NCBI GenBank assembly: GCA_049274895.1
Contig: JBASTM010000011.1
Span: 2,011 to 66,010, forward strand
Reading direction: 5' to 3'
From: Minisyncoccia bacterium
Lineage (GTDB): Bacteria; Patescibacteriota; Minisyncoccia; JACQLN01
Length of the DNA: 64,000 bases
Part shown: piece after piece, positions 26,783 to 35,784 of the stretch
Position numbering within the stretch: the stretch's first letter is position 1
How the letters are laid out: each line of letters opens with the position of its first letter
Program-made: the position numbers and the translations under genes
The notes under the pieces: generated by a model
Database searches by the model: none
The model's input: the letters and a program-made list of their open reading frames with translations, nothing else
What the model was told of the DNA's origin: nothing

Positions 26783-27723
26783 CTTTTAAGATGTTTGGAA
26801 ACTAAATCAGCAATATAATCCTGCGTAACTTCCATGGCCTCAAAAGTGGCGCCGCCGACATGGGGCATAATTATAAGGTTTTTATTTTTCCGAGCGTAAT
26901 CCACCAAGGAATTGTTTTTAAGGTGAACACCATCGCCTTTTTCATCCCACATTACATCCACCGCCGCGCCGGCGATCCACTTTTGTTTTAACGCCTTTTC
27001 CAAAACACCATTTTCTACAAGCTCGGCCCGGGCGGTGTTTATAAGATAAGCCGATGGCTTCATTGAACGCAAATGTTTTTCTTTAACAAGATTATGAGTG
27101 TCGTCAGTGAGTAACACATGTAAAGAAACGATATCGGATTCTTTAAACAAATCTTCCATAGAAACTTTGGCCACTCCCCGCCCTTTCATGAACCCGGCTG
27201 AAACATTGGGATCGCAAGCTAAAACGCTCATGTCGAACGCTTTAGCATACTTGGCCACAATACGCCCGAGTCGGCCAAAACCCAAAAGCCCGATGGTTTT
27301 ACCTTTAAGTTGGTGTCCACGCCACTTGATTCTATCCCAGCCACCTTTTTTGACATCATCAAAAGCCCAGGGGATGTTCCTGGAAAGCGAGAGTATCAAG
27401 GCGAAAGTTTCTTCGGCAGTGGAAGGCACGTTTCTTAGAAAGCCCTTGCGGCCGCGCAGGGAAATTAATTTTATGCCGCGAGATTTTATTTCGGCGAGAT
27501 CTAGATGATTCATACCCGTGGCTGGAGAGGCGATGATTTTCAAATTTGGAGTTTGATCTAAAAACTTTCTGTCTAGCTGATGCTTAAGCCCGATAACTAA
27601 AACCTCAGCTGATTGTTTTTTTGACCGCGGGGCATCCGACCAAAAACAAACCCGCCCCAGTGATTTATAAATTTCCAGAGCTTTTTTAGAATAATCTTTA
27701 GGCTCGGTGATTAAAATAGTCAT
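26779..27723 (-). CDS. D-isomer-specific 2-hydroxyacid dehydrogenase family protein (NAD-binding)
   Basis: Motif GKTIGLLGFGRLGRIVA. The start is placed at the ATG forming an ATGA overlap with the upstream stop (MTILITEPKDY...). The ORF-track extension to 27831 overlaps the upstream gene by 111 nt. Confidence 0.7.
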   Translation of the reverse strand: MTILITEPKDYSKKALEIYKSLGRVCFWSDAPRSKKQSAEVLVIGLKHQLDRKFLDQTPNLKIIASPATGMNHLDLAEIKSRGIKLISLRGRKGFLRNVPSTAEETFALILSLSRNIPWAFDDVKKGGWDRIKWRGHQLKGKTIGLLGFGRLGRIVAKYAKAFDMSVLACDPNVSAGFMKGRGVAKVSMEDLFKESDIVSLHVLLTDDTHNLVKEKHLRSMKPSAYLINTARAELVENGVLEKALKQKWIAGAAVDVMWDEKGDGVHLKNNSLVDYARKNKNLIIMPHVGGATFEAMEVTQDYIADLVSKHLKR

Positions 27724-28439
27724 GACAATAACCCTTTGGAAATTAAAAACTCGGCAAACTCCCAATCCAGGGGCGAATCTAGGTCTATAATCTCGCCCGC
27801 TAAAAACAAGGGTAAAATATTTTCGCCGCACATGGATTTTTTAACCATGACGGTTTCGTAGCGGGTCACATCCACTTGGCCGTAATGATTGTAAGCCGCC
27901 GGCAGTTTTTGCCGCGGCCAGTTGAATGTTTCTTTTTCACCGGCTATGGTCAGCGTGGGTTTTAAAAATCTCTCACCAGCATGAAACATTTTGTACGGTG
28001 TAACTGGCGGCTTAGCCACCGTCCAAACCGCATCGGCATCTTTATCGGCCGCGAGCATTTCTATGGCTTTATCTATATCCGAAGTTTTTCTGAAAGGATG
28101 GGTGGGGCGAAGGTGGGTTATAAAATCGGGCTTATAATTTTCATTTTTCTCTAACCACTCCAAGGCATGCGCCACTACCGGCCAGTCGGGTGTATGGTCT
28201 TGAGCCAATTCGGCCGGGCGGGTAAAAGGAACTTCGCAACCGTATTTTTTAGCTACTTCCGCGATTTCGGCATTATCGGTGGACAAAATCAAGCGGTCTA
28301 TGTATTTGGCCGCCTTAGCTTTAGCTATGGTGTGGGCGATCAAAGGCTTGCCGCCCAACATTTTTATATTCTTTTTGGGTATGGACTTGGACCCGCCCCG
28401 GGCCATTATCAAACCTAAAACTTTGTAATTTTTATACAT
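27720..28439 (-). CDS. Acylneuraminate cytidylyltransferase (NeuA family), paralog 2
   Basis: 239 aa with LGLIMARGGSKSIPKKNI. It is about half identical to paralog 1 by eye. Confidence 0.75.
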   Translation of the reverse strand: MYKNYKVLGLIMARGGSKSIPKKNIKMLGGKPLIAHTIAKAKAAKYIDRLILSTDNAEIAEVAKKYGCEVPFTRPAELAQDHTPDWPVVAHALEWLEKNENYKPDFITHLRPTHPFRKTSDIDKAIEMLAADKDADAVWTVAKPPVTPYKMFHAGERFLKPTLTIAGEKETFNWPRQKLPAAYNHYGQVDVTRYETVMVKKSMCGENILPLFLAGEIIDLDSPLDWEFAEFLISKGLLS

Positions 28440-28440
28440 T

Positions 28441-30165
28441 TTACAACCTCTTATATTTCACACCCTCAACCTTTTTTATTTCTTCTTCTTTATACAAACC
28501 CCAAGTGTCAAAAAACAGAACATTATTGCTGGCCCAGCCTAAAAGCTGGCGCATATTCAAATCTTCAAAGGCCGGGTTATTATTCATCACCACCACCGCA
28601 TCGGCCTTGGTAAATACCTCCTTCGGACTGTGGGAATGTTTGACTCCTAGATGTTTAATAGCGTCCCGCCTGACCACAGGATCATAAATATTGATATTAT
28701 TTATCCCGGACTTTTTTAGTTTTTCCACCAGACTGACAGCCGTAGAACCGCGAATATCCGAAGTCACCGGCCGACCCTTAAAAGCCAGGCCTAAGATAGC
28801 TACTTTGGGAGATTGGCGGTTTTTTGATTTCAAAAACAAATTGACTTCCCGGGCAATAAAATCAACCATGGCTTGGCTGATGCTTCTGGCACTCTGGGCC
28901 AGTTGGGGTAGGTAGTTGATCTTTTTGGCGCTTTCAATAAACAAGAAAGGATCCTTTTCCAAACAAACTCCGCCCACCCCCGGGCTGGGCAGAGGCACCT
29001 GACCGCGTTCATAACCCCGGTTGGCCGCCTCAATAACACGACTGGTGTTAATGCCCAGCTTATGGCAAATCAAAGCGAGCTCGTTGGCGAAAGCAAAAGT
29101 GACATCGCGATAAACATTATTAACCAATTTAACCATCTCGGCCTCTTCGGGCGAATCCACCAAAACAACCGAGTGGGTCAGGTGATTAAAAATGTTGGCC
29201 GCCAGATCCGCACTGGCCCAATTTAAGCCGCCGATGACCTGCGGCAATTTGCGTAATTCCTCCAAGGCCTTACCCTCCACAGTGCGCTCCGGAGCAAAAG
29301 CCACCAAAAAATCATCGCCGGCTTTCAGGCCTGATTTCTTCTCCAAGATAGGCACAACAACGTTTCTGGTGGTGCCTATGGGCACGGTGGATCTTAAAAT
29401 GACCGCATCGCCAAACTTTAAGACACCACCCAGATTTTCCGCGGCGGATTTTATGTAGCTTAAATCCGGTTTTTTTGTTTTTTTATCCACCGGCGTGCCC
29501 ACGGCGACAAAATAGACATCGCAATTGTTTTCACCTTCAAAATTGGCGGTGATCTTAAAATTAACATTGAGATTATCCTTAAGCAGCTGTTCCAAACCTT
29601 GTTCAAAGAAATGGGGCCTACCTGATTTTAGCGAGTTGGCAACTTTCCTATCGGCATCGTAACCCAAGACCCTAAAACCCAGATCGGCTAAAGTAACAGC
29701 CAAAGTTAGACCCACATAACCCAGCCCCACTACACCCAACTGCTTGAACCTGACATCGCTTTTTTGCCACAAGTCGTAGAAAGAAACCAAATCAATAACC
29801 TTTTTGTCTTTATCAACTATTATTATCTTGCTAAGGCGATCTTTATGCCAATGTTCTTTTTTAATCTTATTGGAGATGAGCGACAAAATCTCATGCGAAC
29901 TTTTGGGCCCCTCGATCAAAAACGGGTTGGGGTTCATAACTTTGGAAACTGGATCCTCCAACGAAATCCCTTTAGACAAACCCCGGCGGATATCGCCGTC
30001 GGTGGCAATGCCTAAGAGTTTTTTATCGGAAGAAACCACTAAGGCGATGCCGGCCGGCACCAGCGTCCGACTGGATTTGTTCAAAGCCAAAAACGACAAA
30101 ACGGATCCAATGGTTGATTTTGGACCCACACAAATCTTCGATAAATTTTTATATCTATCAACCAT
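28441..30165 (-). CDS. Tandem CBS-domain pair fused to a UDP-sugar 6-dehydrogenase (UDP-glucose/GDP-mannose dehydrogenase family)
   Basis: 574 aa. The N-terminal roughly 140 aa form a CBS pair. A Rossmann motif VGVVGLGYVGLTLAVTLA follows, then dehydrogenase central and C-terminal domains. Confidence 0.7.
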   Translation of the reverse strand: MVDRYKNLSKICVGPKSTIGSVLSFLALNKSSRTLVPAGIALVVSSDKKLLGIATDGDIRRGLSKGISLEDPVSKVMNPNPFLIEGPKSSHEILSLISNKIKKEHWHKDRLSKIIIVDKDKKVIDLVSFYDLWQKSDVRFKQLGVVGLGYVGLTLAVTLADLGFRVLGYDADRKVANSLKSGRPHFFEQGLEQLLKDNLNVNFKITANFEGENNCDVYFVAVGTPVDKKTKKPDLSYIKSAAENLGGVLKFGDAVILRSTVPIGTTRNVVVPILEKKSGLKAGDDFLVAFAPERTVEGKALEELRKLPQVIGGLNWASADLAANIFNHLTHSVVLVDSPEEAEMVKLVNNVYRDVTFAFANELALICHKLGINTSRVIEAANRGYERGQVPLPSPGVGGVCLEKDPFLFIESAKKINYLPQLAQSARSISQAMVDFIAREVNLFLKSKNRQSPKVAILGLAFKGRPVTSDIRGSTAVSLVEKLKKSGINNINIYDPVVRRDAIKHLGVKHSHSPKEVFTKADAVVVMNNNPAFEDLNMRQLLGWASNNVLFFDTWGLYKEEEIKKVEGVKYKRL

Positions 30166-30171
30166 CTGGTG

Positions 30172-31590
30172 TTAAATAAATTTTAACTTACGAATGGCAA
30201 ATAAGGTCATTTTCAAAAGCAACCAGCCGTGGCGCCAGCGCTGGATATTGGTTTCGCCGTAGGTGCGAGTTTGATAACGAATGGGCAGTTCTACAATTTT
30301 TAGATTCAGCTTGGCCGCGCCGAACAGCAAATCAAAATCGCCGAAAGGATCAAACTCGCCGAAATATTTTCGGCCAACGGCTATTTTTTGGTAATCGTCG
30401 CGGAACAAAACCTTGGTCCCGCACAGCGTGTCCTTTATCCTTTGACCCAGCAACCAACTAAACATTAAACTAAAAAATTTATTGCCTAATATATTAAGGA
30501 ATCTCATAGATTCTTTTTCTAACTGATACACCAACCGCGAACCGTTAATGAACTCTCCCCGACCCGAGACAATGGCCCGATAAAATTTAGGCAGATCCTC
30601 GGGCGCGACCGTAAGGTCGGCGTCCAAAATCATCAAAACCTCGCCCGTGGCCATTTCAAAACCCAGTCTCACGGCATCACCCTTGCCAATTCCCTTCTGG
30701 ACAGCATAGCGAATATCCGGTTTGCTATCATACTTATCTACAACTCTTCGGATCTCATCCAGGGTTCCATCTTCGGAATGACCCTCAATAAAAATAATCT
30801 CCTGGGAACTTCCAAATCTCGGCAAACGCAAAATTGCGTTCTCAATATTACCTTTTTCGTTTCGAGCGGGAATTATTATGGACACTGAATAATCCCTTTC
30901 TTTTTGAGATTGAGGCCGAGCTATAACATAGTGAATTAGACCCAAGCGAGAAAAAATAGGTAGATTAGCAATTATCTTATTAAAAAAAGCAGAAACCAAA
31001 GGTATCCCTAAAGGCAAAATTAATTTATTGCCTTTTTTAACAACCTCAAAACCGGCAAGCCAGAGCATATTTTCAACATCACTCGGCGACATCCAGTTTT
31101 GAACAGGCCCTTTGGCTTTAAGATTTAATAACTCGGCTAACTGTAAGATAGGTTCCCATAAATAATTGTAATAAGTGATAATTATCCGAGTATGTCCGCG
31201 GCTGATTGCCTTAAGAGTATGAAAAGAACTTTCAATATCCGCCAAATATCCAACTAAATCGGAAAATATGACGTAATCAAAAATACCGTCCGATTCAAAA
31301 TTCTCCGCATCCGCAACAATCCAAGTAAGCTGGGGATATTTTTTTTTGGCTGTTGTTACCATTGCCCTGGAAATATCCACGCCCACACCATAGGCCGGTT
31401 TGACGGCATTGAGCAAGTCGCCGGTACCCGAACCTATTTCTAAAACCCGGCTATGCTCCGGCACGATAAACCGGCATAGATTTTCTACGGTTTTGTGATA
31501 ATACCAATTGCGTTTTTTCCAATAGTCTCTCACCAAAGCTATAGTATTAAAATAATCAACCACTTCTTGTTTGTTCATATCATCTAACAA
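30172..31590 (-). CDS. Bifunctional class I SAM methyltransferase / GT2 glycosyltransferase fusion
   Basis: 472 aa. N-terminal MT motif LEIGSGTGDL. C-terminal GT2 reads SIIIPARNEKGNIE...ILDADL. Confidence 0.7.
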   Translation of the reverse strand: MLDDMNKQEVVDYFNTIALVRDYWKKRNWYYHKTVENLCRFIVPEHSRVLEIGSGTGDLLNAVKPAYGVGVDISRAMVTTAKKKYPQLTWIVADAENFESDGIFDYVIFSDLVGYLADIESSFHTLKAISRGHTRIIITYYNYLWEPILQLAELLNLKAKGPVQNWMSPSDVENMLWLAGFEVVKKGNKLILPLGIPLVSAFFNKIIANLPIFSRLGLIHYVIARPQSQKERDYSVSIIIPARNEKGNIENAILRLPRFGSSQEIIFIEGHSEDGTLDEIRRVVDKYDSKPDIRYAVQKGIGKGDAVRLGFEMATGEVLMILDADLTVAPEDLPKFYRAIVSGRGEFINGSRLVYQLEKESMRFLNILGNKFFSLMFSWLLGQRIKDTLCGTKVLFRDDYQKIAVGRKYFGEFDPFGDFDLLFGAAKLNLKIVELPIRYQTRTYGETNIQRWRHGWLLLKMTLFAIRKLKFI

Positions 31591-31596
31591 TTTTAA

Positions 31597-32526
31597 CTAT
31601 ACCGTCAGATTATATTTTTTGAATACTCTATCTTTGATTTCTTTTACAGACAAATCCATTCTATCCGCTTGAACCTGAGTCAGATGATTCCTCCAATCAC
31701 CCACGATTCCTTTTCGATATTGGCTATTCCAAAGTTCCTCGCCGGGTTTTCGACTAAAATTAGACGTTTCAACACCTGTGGCGTCGGAATTTATTTTTTT
31801 TTCGGAAAGCTTATCTAAAGCGGAAAGTCTTTCGAAAGAACCAGCTTCAACCATGTTTTTTGAGATATCTTCGGAAACTTCCACTTCCAGATATTCTAAA
31901 ATGCCGACCAACATTTTTTGTGGTTCGGTTTTCATTGATTCATAGGTATAGCAATACATATTCCCCTTATAATCATTAAGAATGGAATACTCCTTGTTCG
32001 CTCTCTTTATAAAAGCGTCGACAAAATCGTCTGAAATATTATCGGTAAGATCCTGCCGGCCTTTTCTAGCTTCATTAAAGTGAAAAGAGACTACTCTATC
32101 TTTAATATCCCTTACGATGCAAATTTTCTTCATAACTGGATAGCAATAATCTATCAAATCGAGATAAAATATGTATTCTTGGGTTTTTTCTCCCACCAAT
32201 CTTTTTTTGCGGAATGAATCGCACCATTGGCTGTATCTGTCTCGAAACATATTATAAAGTTCATTTCGGCTAATTTTATTAAAATAGGGAACCAAATCGG
32301 CAAAATAACCATTTCTTGTTTTAGTAAATGATTTAACAAACTTAACTCCGTTATCTTCGTCTATGCTTCCAAGAACGTCAAAAAAGTGCGGTTCGCCAAC
32401 ACCGCTTTTGCCGCCCGGCAAAGTGGGAAAACAATTTATCTCGGGATGCGCGTCCAGCATGGCCGCCAACCAATAAGAACCGCTCTTGTTCATCCCCACC
32501 ACTAAAAAATCTGGCCCTCTTATCAT
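31597..32526 (-). CDS. Sulfotransferase family protein (PAPS-dependent)
   Basis: 309 aa with the 5'-PSB P-loop-like VVGMNKSGSYWL. The fold belongs to the sulfotransferase family. Confidence 0.6.
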   Translation of the reverse strand: MIRGPDFLVVGMNKSGSYWLAAMLDAHPEINCFPTLPGGKSGVGEPHFFDVLGSIDEDNGVKFVKSFTKTRNGYFADLVPYFNKISRNELYNMFRDRYSQWCDSFRKKRLVGEKTQEYIFYLDLIDYCYPVMKKICIVRDIKDRVVSFHFNEARKGRQDLTDNISDDFVDAFIKRANKEYSILNDYKGNMYCYTYESMKTEPQKMLVGILEYLEVEVSEDISKNMVEAGSFERLSALDKLSEKKINSDATGVETSNFSRKPGEELWNSQYRKGIVGDWRNHLTQVQADRMDLSVKEIKDRVFKKYNLTV

Positions 32527-33437
32527 GTTTTTATCGTTTTAAAAAAATCTTCGTAATTCCCCGCCGAAACTGTTAAAGAATGATCCTTTTCCGAAAATTT
32601 GCCGTGATTATAAGCAACTCCATATTTAAAACCAGATTTCCCCAATATTCGTATCGTGTGTTGATTATAATCGCCAAAAGGGTACGAAAAACATCTTATA
32701 TCAGCCCCGATAACGCTTTCAATCGTTTTCTTGGATTCAACAATGTCGTCGAATTGACTCTCTTCATCTAATGATTTTAAAGAAGTATGACTGTAACCAT
32801 GGCTGCCTATTTCCATTCCTTTTTTTCTCATTTCCTTAAGTTGGCTCGGCGTCATGAAAAAATCGGTCAAAAACTTTTTCTCGTCCCGGACCATCTTTTT
32901 GAATAAAGGATCAATGAATCCATTTTTAACCTCAACCGGCAATCCGGCCAACACCTGTTTCAGGTTAGCTGTAAGAACGGTATCTTTAAGCCTTTTCTGG
33001 TTATTGATTCTACGTTTAGAGGAGACATTAAAATCTCTAAATCTTGCTGGATAACAACCCTTAAGATAACTCACCAAGGTGTCGGATACCGACCTTTCGT
33101 TCGACTTGGAGAATATCACGTGCATTTTTATGGTCGCCGGCACTATACCGCCAAAAACACAACCGATCGGAAAAAATGTAGCTCTGACCTTATTGGAAGT
33201 CAAAACTGGAAAAACATTGGTAAAGTGATCTGCCACACCATCGTCGAAAGTAAGCGAAATATACTTCTTAAGAATATAATCTTTATTTTTTTGATCAATG
33301 AAATCACCCAAACCAATTACTCTATAGTGGTCCAATATGAATTTTATTTGCTTCTTAAAATCCTTAAGATTTACGGATTTAAGATTAAAACCGCCTGTTT
33401 TACGATCCCTAACGTAATGATACACGACTATAGGCAT
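32523..33437 (-). CDS. Polysaccharide deacetylase (carbohydrate esterase family 4, NodB domain)
   Basis: NodB motifs LTFDDG and GSHGYSH are present. Confidence 0.8.
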   Translation of the reverse strand: MPIVVYHYVRDRKTGGFNLKSVNLKDFKKQIKFILDHYRVIGLGDFIDQKNKDYILKKYISLTFDDGVADHFTNVFPVLTSNKVRATFFPIGCVFGGIVPATIKMHVIFSKSNERSVSDTLVSYLKGCYPARFRDFNVSSKRRINNQKRLKDTVLTANLKQVLAGLPVEVKNGFIDPLFKKMVRDEKKFLTDFFMTPSQLKEMRKKGMEIGSHGYSHTSLKSLDEESQFDDIVESKKTIESVIGADIRCFSYPFGDYNQHTIRILGKSGFKYGVAYNHGKFSEKDHSLTVSAGNYEDFFKTIKT

Positions 33438-33441
33438 GGTA

Positions 33442-34797
33442 TCAGTCTAAAAAATCCAAAATAAAATTAGCCATCCTTAATCCGGCTTGGCCGTCGTGTT
33501 TCCAGCATTGTTGCGAAACCATTTTTTTTCTGCCTTCGGAATTTAAAGACTGATTTTCCAAATATTTTTTCATCCAATATGCTAAATCTTCCTCGTCTTT
33601 AACCACGGTCACACCACCAGTGTTAATTAATTTGGAATAATGCTCAGTTTCAAAATAACGTATGGGTTTTTTCATTAAAGGATATCTCCCCAAATCAGAG
33701 AATTTTATATTAATTACAGGCTTATCGAATAAAGCCGCGTCTATAGCAATCGAGGAAGTCAAACTTATCATCATATCGCTGTAAGATAAAATATTGACCA
33801 GTCCTTGCAAATCGGAAAAATCCAGATCCCAGTCAACACCCCTTTCCCCGCTGAACTTATACCCTGGTCTTTGGTAAATTATACCCATATCTAAAAGATC
33901 TGGATCCAAATCAACCTTGTCGTTAGGAGGAAAGCGAACCACCAGCTGAACATTAAAACGCTTCAGTTCACTATTAAGAATATGATAGATCATTCTTATC
34001 AAACTCCTATCGGCATCCCCTCTTTCCCGTCCGGACGGGGCGAAAACAACTATTTTTTTATCGCCGGCAATTCCCAAACCACGGTAAAACATATTTCTTT
34101 CTTCCGGCTTGTTCTTAAAATAAAAATCATACTGGGGAATGCCAACAACCTCAATGTCTTTAGAGTCTATATCGACAAAACGGACTGCTTCCTTTTTAAC
34201 CACATCGTTGTAAACAACTAATTTATCCGGCAAAAGACGGATCATACATCGACCGGTTATTTTGTCCCAAGAAGTTATTAAACCAATGCTTTTTATTTTT
34301 CTTCGTTTAGCTTCTTTCAAAAAAGAAATCTCATCGTCGCCAAACAAATGGGCTAAAAACACCAAGTCAGGCTGGTATTTTTCAAAATATCTCCGATAAG
34401 TACCGTCCCAAGCTAAAAAGTAATCCAAAAACCTGACAATCTTCCTAAAAATCTTCCTAGCAAAAATTCTATTAAACAATAGTTTAAAGCCGAACAGGAT
34501 AAAATTTTTATCCTGCTCAAATTTCATCCGGTGCTTCAAATCTACAGTTTTAGTATTTATAAGATTAAACTTTAAAAGACTGAAAATTTTGTTAAGAAAA
34601 AAAGGCCTGTAAGACGGAGTTATTTCATAAATAATATCATCTCCGCCGAATTCTTTTTCGAAGTATTCCTTTTTCTCTCCACTGCTTACAAACAATACTA
34701 TTCTGATTTCTTTTCCTTTAAGAATCTTAAAAACATCGGACCTTAGTATATTCCTGGCTTCAACCCCCTGAAATATGGGAATAAAAACGGTTTTCAT
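33442..34797 (-). CDS. CDP-glycerol glycerophosphotransferase-like (TagB/TagF family), paralog 1
   Basis: Shared paralog motifs: ...SWDKIT...VVGIPQYDFYF... and a C-terminal GT-B half. The start is placed at the ATG at 34797 (MKTVFIPIF, matching the paralog N-termini). The alternative ATG is 34854. Confidence 0.55.
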   Translation of the reverse strand: MKTVFIPIFQGVEARNILRSDVFKILKGKEIRIVLFVSSGEKKEYFEKEFGGDDIIYEITPSYRPFFLNKIFSLLKFNLINTKTVDLKHRMKFEQDKNFILFGFKLLFNRIFARKIFRKIVRFLDYFLAWDGTYRRYFEKYQPDLVFLAHLFGDDEISFLKEAKRRKIKSIGLITSWDKITGRCMIRLLPDKLVVYNDVVKKEAVRFVDIDSKDIEVVGIPQYDFYFKNKPEERNMFYRGLGIAGDKKIVVFAPSGRERGDADRSLIRMIYHILNSELKRFNVQLVVRFPPNDKVDLDPDLLDMGIIYQRPGYKFSGERGVDWDLDFSDLQGLVNILSYSDMMISLTSSIAIDAALFDKPVINIKFSDLGRYPLMKKPIRYFETEHYSKLINTGGVTVVKDEEDLAYWMKKYLENQSLNSEGRKKMVSQQCWKHDGQAGLRMANFILDFLD

Positions 34798-34807
34798 CTT
34801 AAAACTC

Positions 34808-35761
34808 TTACTTGTTTTCGATTTCTTCACGTATAAAGTAAAAATAATGGCCATCTTTCCAATACAACCTTAAAAGAACATCAGTTAAAAAACCGACCGC
34901 AAAAAGAACTATACCGAGAACTACAAACATAGTTCCGGATACAAATAAAATTCCGGAATCAGAGCCGAAAGACAAGGACGTAGAAAACCAAAACAAAAAA
35001 CCAACAAGAGTGAAAAAAAATCCCCAACCACCAAAAAACCTGAAAGGCTTGATGAAATATCTTAAAAAGAAAATGACAGCAAAAAGGTCGAAAACTGTTT
35101 TAGCCATTTTGGAAATCTTCATCCCAGAACCTCTAAAAACCCTAGGACTGTGAGAAATCTCAACCTCACCAATGATTGCCCCTCTTTCCTTCGCCAAAGC
35201 GGGTAAAAAAATCTGCATATTGCCCCAAAGACGAAAATCTTTTATAAACCTGGCCCGGTAAGCCCTGAGCCCGCAACCAAAATCATGGATTTTAAGGTCA
35301 AGTAAGAATCTCACCAAAAGATTGGCGACCTTTGAAAAAACGAGACGTCTCCAAGGATCGTATCTTTTTTTGCGCCAACCAACGACAACGTCAAACCCAG
35401 AATTTATTTTATCGATAAATTTGGAGATATCGGCTGGATTGTTCTGGAGATCGGCATCTAAAAAAACAAGAATCTCACCTTGGGCGTGCTGGATTGCGGT
35501 ATCTAAAGCCGGAGTGTTGCCATAATTTCTTTGATGACAAACAGCTCTTAAGGGTTTCAACTCTTTCATTATTTCCCAACTATTATCTCTTGACCCATCG
35601 TTTACGAAAACAATCTCAAATTTTTCCGGCCTGTTTTCAAGAGATTTTAAGATGCGCGCGTGAAGCTCTTTTAAGCTTTGGGCATCATTATAAACAGGCA
35701 CTAGTATGGAAATCATATGATTTATAACCATAAAATAAAAGGCGAGGTTTTGCAACCTCAC
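34808..35761 (-). CDS. GT2 polyprenol-phosphate glycosyltransferase (GtrB/DPM1-like) with C-terminal TM helices
   Basis: 317 aa with ISILVPVYNDAQSL...VFVNDGSRDNS. The C-terminal 80 aa are hydrophobic. Confidence 0.8.
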   Translation of the reverse strand: MRLQNLAFYFMVINHMISILVPVYNDAQSLKELHARILKSLENRPEKFEIVFVNDGSRDNSWEIMKELKPLRAVCHQRNYGNTPALDTAIQHAQGEILVFLDADLQNNPADISKFIDKINSGFDVVVGWRKKRYDPWRRLVFSKVANLLVRFLLDLKIHDFGCGLRAYRARFIKDFRLWGNMQIFLPALAKERGAIIGEVEISHSPRVFRGSGMKISKMAKTVFDLFAVIFFLRYFIKPFRFFGGWGFFFTLVGFLFWFSTSLSFGSDSGILFVSGTMFVVLGIVLFAVGFLTDVLLRLYWKDGHYFYFIREEIENK

Positions 35762-35784
35762 CTGATTGGACAGAAACCCTAGAT

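Noticed and set aside
26779-27831. Longer 350-aa form of the 2-hydroxyacid dehydrogenase
   Set aside because: The extension overlaps the upstream NeuA-like gene by 111 nt and adds a non-homologous Arg-rich N-terminus. An ATGA-coupled start at 27723 fits the local pattern.
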